Origin: a virus
Taxonomy: Duplodnaviria; Caudoviricetes
Direction: 5' to 3' (one strand)
Virus record (IMG/VR): IMGVR_UViG_3300018070_000100
Span: 1 to 31,016 of that record
Length of the DNA: 31,016 nucleotides
This document shows positions 9,160 through 16,736 of the stretch, one piece after another (within the stretch, counting starts at the first letter, position 1; each line of letters starts with the position of its first letter). The notes below the pieces were generated by a model that saw only the letters and a program-made list of their open reading frames with translations, did no database searches and was not told the origin of the DNA. Position numbers and translations under genes: made by a program.

Positions 9160-10016
9160 CAGTACAACTCGTCTCTACCGATAATCGGAATCGTCGTGAG
9201 TGTCATCGTTATGGTGCGCCACTCCATGGCGAACTTCTCGATGCTGATCGCGCTTTCAATCCTGACAAGCATCGGATCTCTGTCGAGTTCCTGCATTGCA
9301 AGAATCGTTTCACCGCCGTTCGTGTTCTCAAGCATTGCCATCAGCGTCGCATAATCCGCATCATCGACGGTGTAGATGCGAGTGAACCTGACCTGCTCAT
9401 TTTCGCTAAACCCGAAAAATGCCTGCTCGCCGTACGGCATGCTAAACGTCTCTTTCGGGTAAACCGTCGTGTCGTCCATCGGAAAGACGGCACCGGTGGT
9501 GATCTGATATTTTCGAGCCAGCCATAGCGCGCTTGTACGCAAATCATCGGGCGCATAATAGTTGGGCGGTACAACTCCGCGAAGAACGATTTTCCAATAT
9601 CTCTGAGTTGTGGCAACGCTGAATTCAGAAACTTTGAGAAGTTCTCCTGACACTCCAGGATCGATTGTCAAGGGAGCCAATGTATATATCGATGCATCAT
9701 TCGAGTAATAGATATCGGCATAGATTCCAGTTGGATACGGTGATGGTGATGGGAACGGTGAGGGATAGGGCCAGGGCGAGACCGGTGATGGAACGTCAAC
9801 TTCGTCATGCCGATGAATCCAGACCAGCGCATTCGCCACGACTGGTTTGCCGCAATCGATAATCAAATGATGTTGCTCGTCAATACCATCGGCCTGCCAT
9901 GCGAAATTCGGCTCTAAGATCAGAGCATGCTCAGCCGGATGCGCAGCGATTTGAGACGATACATCATGAACCACGGCGTCAATCATCGCCTCGAGCGTGT
10001 AGAACTTAGTAGACAA
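9159..10016 (-). CDS. Distal-tail (Dit)-like protein with discoidin-like N-terminal domain
   Basis: Immediately after the TMP; IIDCGKP...YYSND...QRYWKIV motif; Pro-rich insert PSPVSPWPYPSPFPSPSPYP. Confidence 0.55.
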   Translation of the reverse strand: MSTKFYTLEAMIDAVVHDVSSQIAAHPAEHALILEPNFAWQADGIDEQHHLIIDCGKPVVANALVWIHRHDEVDVPSPVSPWPYPSPFPSPSPYPTGIYADIYYSNDASIYTLAPLTIDPGVSGELLKVSEFSVATTQRYWKIVLRGVVPPNYYAPDDLRTSALWLARKYQITTGAVFPMDDTTVYPKETFSMPYGEQAFFGFSENEQVRFTRIYTVDDADYATLMAMLENTNGGETILAMQELDRDPMLVRIESAISIEKFAMEWRTITMTLTTIPIIGRDELY

Positions 10017-11916
10017 GAACGTTTCGCCTGCCTGTGATATTTTCAGGATTTAGCGCAAGATCGGACTTGCCATTGGTTGCGAGCTTGCGCAATGTCGGCG
10101 CGACTTGCTTCTCGATGAATTCGGACGATAACACGTTGCCTGAAAAAGTTACGTTAATGGTAGTACCGATGTTGGAACCTCCCCCACCTCCAACGCCGGC
10201 CATTGCGGGCATTGCGAGATTGGCTGCACTCGGAACGATACCGCGCATCAGTTCAGACCCGCTTCTCATGTTTGCGAAGACTCCCTGACTGAAGTAATGC
10301 GCGAAATGCTGACCCTGCTGCATCGCGAGCCGATCATATTTCGGAGTATCGAATATGCCACCAAGAATTGTTCCCAATCCGGGGACAAAAACATTAAGGA
10401 TTGACAGTAGTGCCTGTTTGATAAAAAACGCCATGAAATCCTCATACATACCTTTGAATACATCGGAAACTTTCCCACGACCAGACGCTATTGTTCTTGC
10501 CAGCGCATCGACGCCTGATCGGCCTATCTGTGCAAATGCAGAGGTGAATTGCCCTTGCTGTCGTCCGATAATATCGGCGTTGATGTTATCACCTATGATC
10601 TTATTCAGATTAATCGCTGCTGTTTCCACATCAGGAGTTGGCGGCAAGGTAGCTTCAATCGGTATCAGGCTCTTGTCCCCGAAAGCATTTAACACAACTT
10701 CACGTATATCTTCGGCCCATAAAGCCGCTTCATCAGCCATAGTATCAGGCTTAGGCATAACCATTAATGGCGGCAATTTCATTTCTTTCAGGGCCTCAAA
10801 CCGTTCGGCCATTGCTGCCGATCTTTCGGCTTTTTCACGTTCTATGTTTTTCAGATTTTGATCGGTCAGTACCTGCTCCTGATATTGAAGACCAATCAGT
10901 TTCGCTTTCAATGCGTCAACATGCTCTTGAGCATATCCGCCAGTAGTAACGAGTTTTTCATAGAAGGGAAGTTCACTATATTCTTTCGCTATTCGCTCTT
11001 GTTCTGCGAGTTCGGTCGTAACGGATGCAATCTGGGCTTTAACAGTATCAAGATTCATATCTGCGCCGAATCCCGCCCAATATTGAGCAGCATCGCTTAC
11101 AAGCTCAAGAAAATATTCGAAAGCTGGTGATTGTATTATCACGCCGCCGATTGCTTCCTGTAAATCTCCCATTCTCTGTTTGAGCAGTTCCAGTTTACCG
11201 GCAGTCGTCAACATACGGGCCGCCGCCGCCCCGCCGAACATTTCGTTTATCTTTTCTTGTAATTGACGCATCTGCTCTTGCTTGGGCAACGACTTGTCGA
11301 TTTGGATACCATAGCGCGCGAGAGCGTTCGTACTCGAATTGATCGATTTGCCCATTAGATTGGCGACTTCTACAACGTCCATGCCCTTGGCTGCCGCCAT
11401 ATCCATAGCCGAGCGCGTCAAATCCATCGAGTCGGCAACGCTGATATTTGAATCGTGCAAGCGCTGAAATGCCGTACCGACAAGTTCATCGGATATGCCA
11501 GTCAACGTCTGCATTTGAGCAGCGAAAGCTTTAACCGCTCCAACGTTCACATCTACGGATGTTGCATGCCGCATCAATGACGCTGAGACATCGTTCCAGA
11601 CTTTTTCGCTTTCGAGAGCAGCCTGGAACGTACCTTTCACGAATCGAGTTAGGGCTGCGAATGCCTGCATCGCGGCGTTTGCAGCAATCGTCCCGATAGC
11701 GATACCTTTGGTGAAACGCGAAAAGATCGGATGACCTTTATCCGCCGAACCGTTCAACAGTTTCAGCTCACGTTCGAGCTTGTTTATTTCCCGCTGGCTC
11801 TTGACCATCGCCGGGCCGCCGAGCGCAGTGATCTGCGCATTCAACTTCTTGATTTTATCGGCAGCAGTCTCGCGCGCCTCAAGTATGAGCTGATATCTTT
11901 CCTGTGAGTTGGCCAT
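10006..11916 (-). CDS. Tail tape measure protein (636 aa)
   Basis: Start at MANSQERYQLILEARE (TGATG overlap at 11916); Ala-rich helical sequence with AMDMAAAKG...ALARYGI...LKQRMGDLQEAIG TMP core; follows the chaperone genes. Confidence 0.88.
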   Translation of the reverse strand: MANSQERYQLILEARETAADKIKKLNAQITALGGPAMVKSQREINKLERELKLLNGSADKGHPIFSRFTKGIAIGTIAANAAMQAFAALTRFVKGTFQAALESEKVWNDVSASLMRHATSVDVNVGAVKAFAAQMQTLTGISDELVGTAFQRLHDSNISVADSMDLTRSAMDMAAAKGMDVVEVANLMGKSINSSTNALARYGIQIDKSLPKQEQMRQLQEKINEMFGGAAAARMLTTAGKLELLKQRMGDLQEAIGGVIIQSPAFEYFLELVSDAAQYWAGFGADMNLDTVKAQIASVTTELAEQERIAKEYSELPFYEKLVTTGGYAQEHVDALKAKLIGLQYQEQVLTDQNLKNIEREKAERSAAMAERFEALKEMKLPPLMVMPKPDTMADEAALWAEDIREVVLNAFGDKSLIPIEATLPPTPDVETAAINLNKIIGDNINADIIGRQQGQFTSAFAQIGRSGVDALARTIASGRGKVSDVFKGMYEDFMAFFIKQALLSILNVFVPGLGTILGGIFDTPKYDRLAMQQGQHFAHYFSQGVFANMRSGSELMRGIVPSAANLAMPAMAGVGGGGGSNIGTTINVTFSGNVLSSEFIEKQVAPTLRKLATNGKSDLALNPENITGRRNVLVY

Positions 11917-12326
11917 CAACGTGTCCTGTTCTTTTTCAGCATGTCCTTGACAACAAGTTCGTGTTGCTGTCGACTTTGTATCTGAGCGATCTCGGACTCG
12001 ATAACATCGCAAGCCTCAACATAGATTGCGGGAAGATTCCAGTATTCGTCATAGGAACATCCTTTCGTCCCATCGAGTCGCCGATAGAGATTCCAGAGCA
12101 TCAATGATAGCGGTGTAATTACCGAAGGTGCGCACAGATTATAATACACGCAACATGCCTCCCATGTTGTGAGCTTGTCACCACCACGAACAGCAGCATA
12201 ATCGATAAGCTGGCTCCACGTATCTCGCATAACAATAACCGGTTTCAATCCCTGACCGCACGTTTCCACCTGCTCTTTGCCGTACAGACATGCCCGATGC
12301 TTGCAAGGTTCTCCACATGGCTTCAA
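11916..12326 (-). CDS. Tail assembly chaperone T moiety (C-terminal part of the frameshifted G-T protein)
   Basis: Only a weak TTG start; this frame is entered by a -1 shift at 12371-12377; lies just upstream of the TMP. Confidence 0.7.
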   Translation of the reverse strand: MKPCGEPCKHRACLYGKEQVETCGQGLKPVIVMRDTWSQLIDYAAVRGGDKLTTWEACCVYYNLCAPSVITPLSLMLWNLYRRLDGTKGCSYDEYWNLPAIYVEACDVIESEIAQIQSRQQHELVVKDMLKKNRTR

Positions 12327-12667
12327 TTCCCCGTCGGCTTTGGAGTGGATATATCCGACGAGGAGCCGGAGTTTTTTGTCTGCTCGTCCTTAAGCGAACA
12401 ATACTCTATCACGCCGTTTATGATTGCAAGCATGTCACTGAATGATTCAAGAGAATTCAGGACTTCTTTCGCATCTTTGCCGTCGATAGAGACGATGACT
12501 GAACATAAATGAGAAATGAGAGCATCATACGATTCAACGGTCGGCTGAAGCTTGCCCATTTGTTCGATTGTTGTAAACTTCTCGCGCACGCTCATGCTAC
12601 GCATCGAGAATTTGCTGTCGAGAATCGTAACGCTATGATGCTTATTTGGGTCGACCAGTCGTAACAC
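12323..12667 (-). CDS. Tail assembly chaperone G
   Basis: Between tail tube and TMP; ends ...QTKN over the slippery A AAA AAC site. Confidence 0.78.
   Translation of the reverse strand: MLRLVDPNKHHSVTILDSKFSMRSMSVREKFTTIEQMGKLQPTVESYDALISHLCSVIVSIDGKDAKEVLNSLESFSDMLAIINGVIEYCSLKDEQTKNSGSSSDISTPKPTGN
12371..12377 (-). promoter_or_regulatory. Programmed -1 ribosomal frameshift slippery heptamer A AAA AAC
   Basis: In-frame X XXY YYZ; the -1 frame reads KKLRLLVGYIHSKADGELKPCGEPC..., continuous with ORF 11916..12326. Confidence 0.82.
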
Positions 12668-12690
12668 ACAACCTCCACGTTGTTTGTAGT

Positions 12691-13689
12691 TTACCAGCCC
12701 CTGTCTGTCTCATTCATAACTGCAAATACGAACATAGGCTCGACCGCGCCGTTGGTGACCGAGAGCATCCGGCACGTTATGGATTCGGCGAGCAAGCCGT
12801 CTTCGCTTTGTTCAGCGTCCTCAACCTTGCCCGTTACGTCGATAGTCAATTCGCCAAAATCGAGGGTGAATCGACACATACCATTGCTGGTGATGGCAGC
12901 GAGAATATCCGTTGCGGTCGAATCTCTCAGCAAATCGACCTTGAATGAGCCGCTCCGATTCATGAACGCCAACATCTGGAAACCATCGACGGCATCATGT
13001 CCGACCTTCTCAATCTCGTAATTCGATTCGATTTCGAATGATCGAATGAGGATGTTGACCGGACTGGCCAATCCTGCTGAGAAATCGAGCGTCGCCGATT
13101 CGATGTCGTTGAAATACATGAAATCGGCGTCATCGGATGGCGTCCACGTACCGGATGGATTCGATGTATCAATACCAGGTCCGACTCCGCGAAGCGTCGC
13201 CTCGTATTTGACCAGCTCATCGCGAGCTGCTGACAGTTTGAAACTGCTGCATATACAGCCTCCGACCTTGTAGGATGTGCCCGTTTCCGGCAATCTCCGA
13301 ATGAAGGTCAGGAACTTGCCCACGTCGGACGTGAAATCAGGGTGCGTTTCGTAATGCTCGAAAGTTTTGGTGAATGGCGTTGATGCTCCTTCCACCACGT
13401 TCTGGAAGTGAGCATAAGCAAGCAGGTCGATGTCATTCAGATTGACCGGACCCGCGAGAACGATTTCACCGGAACCGCCGCGATCAGTGACAATCACATG
13501 CTGTTGTGTGGGGTTTTTGCTGCCGTGATTGGCAGCAATTTCATAAACCTGCTGATCTCGGCTGACTTTGGCTGACTCAAGCGTCAACTCAGTGAACGCA
13601 GCGTTATCGAGTTCGACGGTATCGTAGGCGGCCTGTTCGCGAATGCCGAACCGCCGCTCCATAGATTCACGAATTTCTTCTAAGGCCAT
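12691..13689 (-). CDS. Major tail tube protein
   Basis: 332 aa beta-rich protein (LTFIRRLP...YKVGGCICSSFKLSA...LVKYEATLRG); position before the chaperones and TMP. Confidence 0.78.
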   Translation of the reverse strand: MALEEIRESMERRFGIREQAAYDTVELDNAAFTELTLESAKVSRDQQVYEIAANHGSKNPTQQHVIVTDRGGSGEIVLAGPVNLNDIDLLAYAHFQNVVEGASTPFTKTFEHYETHPDFTSDVGKFLTFIRRLPETGTSYKVGGCICSSFKLSAARDELVKYEATLRGVGPGIDTSNPSGTWTPSDDADFMYFNDIESATLDFSAGLASPVNILIRSFEIESNYEIEKVGHDAVDGFQMLAFMNRSGSFKVDLLRDSTATDILAAITSNGMCRFTLDFGELTIDVTGKVEDAEQSEDGLLAESITCRMLSVTNGAVEPMFVFAVMNETDRGW

Positions 13690-13702
13690 AGCCTATCCTT
13701 TC

Positions 13703-14005
13703 TCAAAGCTCGACATTGGAATCATCATCGTCCGGTTCTTCGTCATCGTCATTTGTCAGACAATGATCTCCGGCTGTTTCGGTCGTTTCAATCTCAGTAT
13801 CGTCGATGGTTATGTTATTGACGGGCGGACGGCCACCTGATCGCAGCGCATAACCACGAGATATGAGTGCTTCCGCCTTATCGTCTGGCAGCTCGATCAC
13901 TTCTCCTCGCTGTAATAGACTGGTAAAGAGAGGAGCGATGCCGAACTTGCGCGATGCTTTGATCAACCCCATCCTGTCAATTTTCTTCGTTCTTCTGATT
14001 CTCAT
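13703..14005 (-). CDS. Small phage morphogenesis-region protein with acidic tail
   Basis: GEVIELPDDKAEALISRGYA motif common in small head/tail-region phage proteins; D/E-rich C-terminus. Confidence 0.6.
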   Translation of the reverse strand: MRIRRTKKIDRMGLIKASRKFGIAPLFTSLLQRGEVIELPDDKAEALISRGYALRSGGRPPVNNITIDDTEIETTETAGDHCLTNDDDEEPDDDDSNVEL

Positions 14006-14481
14006 TATGGATATCCCTCCACCTTGTGAATGATTGCTATGAGTTCCGCTCCCACGCTCTGACTCTCGGCGAATTCGACGTTGATCGTCTCGCCAAGAAA
14101 TCCCATGAGCATGTATCTATCGCCCAAATCGATGCTTGTCTTCAATGCAGTTATCACTTCATCAAGCAGATCAAGAGTCGTGGCAAGCTGTTCGATGCCG
14201 CCCGCATAGCTGGTATGTATGCGGATAGATATCCTGATCTCGTGATTTTCGATAAACTGGCCACTCCCGAATCCGGCATCAGTTGTAACCGGAATATTGC
14301 TGATCGGCTCGACGGTGAGAGCATCGAGTACAAGATTGGCAACGGCATGATAAGAGTAAACGTTCAGAACTGGCGATGGCAGAGGACTCGGGGAAGGACT
14401 CGGTGACGGGTCTCCGCCGCCGAACTGACTCTGCAATCTGGCGATTACTTTTGCATGCGCTGTGGCTGTCGTCGTCGACAT
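14005..14481 (-). CDS. Tail terminator/completion-like protein with SP insert
   Basis: Helix-strand layout (ISIRIHT...LLDEVITALK) and position before the tail tube; GDPSPSPSPSPLPSPV insert. Confidence 0.55.
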   Translation of the reverse strand: MSTTTATAHAKVIARLQSQFGGGDPSPSPSPSPLPSPVLNVYSYHAVANLVLDALTVEPISNIPVTTDAGFGSGQFIENHEIRISIRIHTSYAGGIEQLATTLDLLDEVITALKTSIDLGDRYMLMGFLGETINVEFAESQSVGAELIAIIHKVEGYP

Positions 14482-14879
14482 CAGTTAGCCCCCTTTGCTG
14501 AGACGTAGACCATATCTACAACTATCCGGCTGCTCGAATAGGCGTCATCGGTTATGAGATTCACGGGTTCCTGTCCTACCAGCCGCATTTGCAAAGCACT
14601 GGTCGGCAATGTATCACCCTCGATGATATCCTTAACGTCAACAATCAAGTCTTCGATAGCTTCGCCCTTGACCATGAGAATCAAGTCGACGGTCAGACCC
14701 CACCTGGTATGAGTGGAATCCCTGACCAGTACTTCTTCTGTTGATGCCAATAGACCGATGTAAGGTGATGCGTCTCTTGCTCCCTGTGGGGTCCTGAGCC
14801 TGCGAGTGCAAGTAACGCCGGAGATTGCGCCCAGCATCGAGACCAGACTGTCAATCAATGCTTCTTTGGTGTCAGCCAC
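14481..14879 (-). CDS. Tail terminator/completion-like protein (second copy)
   Basis: EALIDSLVSML...SPYIGL...LTVDLILMVK...LIVDVKDII layout typical of tail terminators; neck-gene position. Confidence 0.55.
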   Translation of the reverse strand: MADTKEALIDSLVSMLGAISGVTCTRRLRTPQGARDASPYIGLLASTEEVLVRDSTHTRWGLTVDLILMVKGEAIEDLIVDVKDIIEGDTLPTSALQMRLVGQEPVNLITDDAYSSSRIVVDMVYVSAKGAN

Positions 14880-15270
14880 GGAACATCTCCACCAGCCATT
14901 TCTTCATTATTCGATCTCTTTCATTATGCGTCGTGAGCCAAGCATATTTCGCATATGAACGTCGCCTGATCTTCGTCTTATGTCCACGTCCGGTCATACC
15001 GCCGAGGTCGTGAATACGAGCATAAGGTGCTTTTCCCAAATCGGCATAAGTTGTCAATCTGTAGCCGTGAGCTATCGGGCGCACCTCATAATCCCATGAG
15101 CCATATAAGGCACCGGAACGTTTATGCAAATATCGTCCACTCAGATTTCTTCGGATTTCCTTGATGACTCGCACACCGATGCGATGCAATTGTTTATCCA
15201 ATTGCACCAAATTCTTCAATGCCTTTGGCAGCTTGCGCGATTTCAGCTTTGGTTGCACTATCAATGACAT
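14872..15270 (-). CDS. Virion morphogenesis / neck protein (HK97 gp10 / Mu gpG-like)
   Basis: Start at MSLIVQPK (TGATG at 15270); basic; RSGALYGS...YARIHDLGG...IRRRSY motif. Confidence 0.75.
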   Translation of the reverse strand: MSLIVQPKLKSRKLPKALKNLVQLDKQLHRIGVRVIKEIRRNLSGRYLHKRSGALYGSWDYEVRPIAHGYRLTTYADLGKAPYARIHDLGGMTGRGHKTKIRRRSYAKYAWLTTHNERDRIMKKWLVEMFRG

Positions 15271-15869
15271 CACACGAACCTTTTGTATTTGGCTATGATT
15301 GTAGCATAGTCCTTGGATACCTGAAAAAATCCGTGTAGAGTTTTCCATAGAAGCTCTGGTCTATCTGTATACGTGAATGACTGCTCACCATCAGATTGTG
15401 ATCTAATTCCTTTCCTTTGTGGACTATCAATTAGATATTGAATGAGCAGAAAACAGGCGTATTTCAAGTCGGCTGGAATGCCATCCGCGAATCCATAACT
15501 GTAGGTGATCCGCCAGTTATCCACGCCCTTATGAAAAACGTATCGCTCTGGAAACCATACCTTGCCTGTCGTCTCATCCCATTCGAATGTCATTCCAAGT
15601 TCGGACACATCCTGCCATTCAGTGCCAGACCAGTATTCGAGGCTATCGACAATATCGATGGGCGCATTTCGCGTCCACATCCTGAAAGCGCCATTGCCGT
15701 TGAATGTCTCCACGATATCGAATGGTGAGGGGCTGCAAGCATAAAGATCACGGTCGATCTCTTTCTCGATCACTTCCGTCGCCATTTCGATCAGGGCTTC
15801 GACTTGCGCCTCGTTTTCTAATGGCAGACTCTTATTCGCAAACTCAGCATATTCGGTGATTGTAATCAT
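15270..15869 (-). CDS. Head-tail adaptor/connector protein
   Basis: ALIEMATEVIEKEIDR...ITYSYGF..IPADLKYAC...IRSQSDGEQSFTY...IIAKYKR pattern of gp6/gp15-like adaptors; AGGAG RBS. Confidence 0.8.
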   Translation of the reverse strand: MITITEYAEFANKSLPLENEAQVEALIEMATEVIEKEIDRDLYACSPSPFDIVETFNGNGAFRMWTRNAPIDIVDSLEYWSGTEWQDVSELGMTFEWDETTGKVWFPERYVFHKGVDNWRITYSYGFADGIPADLKYACFLLIQYLIDSPQRKGIRSQSDGEQSFTYTDRPELLWKTLHGFFQVSKDYATIIAKYKRFV

Positions 15870-15883
15870 AGCTCCTGATTCCT

Positions 15884-15911
15884 GCGCGAGCGCCGATTAA
15901 GACGCCCGCGC
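15884..15911 (-). promoter_or_regulatory. GC-rich RNA hairpin between decoration and adaptor genes
   Basis: Minus-strand GCGCGGGCGTC-TTAATC-GGCGCTCGCGC forms an 11-bp stem with two G-U pairs; no U-tract; lies just upstream of an RBS. Confidence 0.6.
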
Positions 15912-15925
15912 TGTGGAGGCGGAAG

Positions 15926-16711
15926 TTAGCTGACTAACTCCCTGTCAACCCAAAACACCCATAGACTGGCACCGGCTGTCACCGTCGGCGATACCTGATC
16001 TATGCGAATGGTGTCATCATCCGTGATAACCACTTCCGCCGCAACCTGATCGAGTCCCAATGCTGACGTCTCATCCGTAACATAACAAGCCAACACCTGA
16101 TCGTCGGTTTTGATTCCTGTTACCGTTATGTCCGACTCATCTGAAAGCCCCATCGTAGTAAGCGTAAACCTCAGATACATCGAGGCTTCGGCCGTAGCAT
16201 TGTCTTTTGCATGCCACATGAGCAGCAGAGTATCATCAGTCGTAGCCGCGGAACAACGGACATAGCCATCGGCATAAATGGTTGTCGTGTCGGTTCGATC
16301 CGTTAGCGCTCCCGTGGTAGTTGCAATCTCCAGAGAACATATCAGGCTGTCGCCTGTCTTGATTCCGCTTGTCGCTATGCTGACGTTTGCACCGGCACCG
16401 GCGATAAGATCGCCTTCGATCATGGGCGATGCCATCTGATTGGCATCCGATGTACACGCCATCCACCAGACGGCGACAACATCGTTAGCCGAATTCGGAC
16501 ATTTGACTTTGCCCGCGATGATGCTCGATGCAACCGTATCATTCGTCGGCAGATTCGTCGTCACAGCGATATTGACTACGGCTATGAGCTGATCGCCGAC
16601 CGCAATCGCAGTCCCATCTTTCGCCGCGCAAGTAATACCGGCAGTCGCCGAATCAGCAGCACCGGTGAGCAGAGCGAATTTGATAAGCGCTGCACGAGTT
16701 GGCCCATCCAT
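15926..16711 (-). CDS. Putative capsid decoration protein with three tandem ~85-aa repeats
   Basis: Directly after the capsid gene; three copies of I...GI(K)xGD.(L/V)I/L...(V/L)xW. Confidence 0.6.
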   Translation of the reverse strand: MDGPTRAALIKFALLTGAADSATAGITCAAKDGTAIAVGDQLIAVVNIAVTTNLPTNDTVASSIIAGKVKCPNSANDVVAVWWMACTSDANQMASPMIEGDLIAGAGANVSIATSGIKTGDSLICSLEIATTTGALTDRTDTTTIYADGYVRCSAATTDDTLLLMWHAKDNATAEASMYLRFTLTTMGLSDESDITVTGIKTDDQVLACYVTDETSALGLDQVAAEVVITDDDTIRIDQVSPTVTAGASLWVFWVDRELVS

Positions 16712-16736
16712 ATTGTTTCTCCCTTCTCACTCGCTC

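Noticed and set aside
11917-12012. Extended N-termini in the ORF track (TMP from 12012; likewise 2737, 15348, 22387, 24706, 30206)
   Set aside because: They overlap upstream genes; downstream ATGs with stop-start coupling or an RBS fit better.
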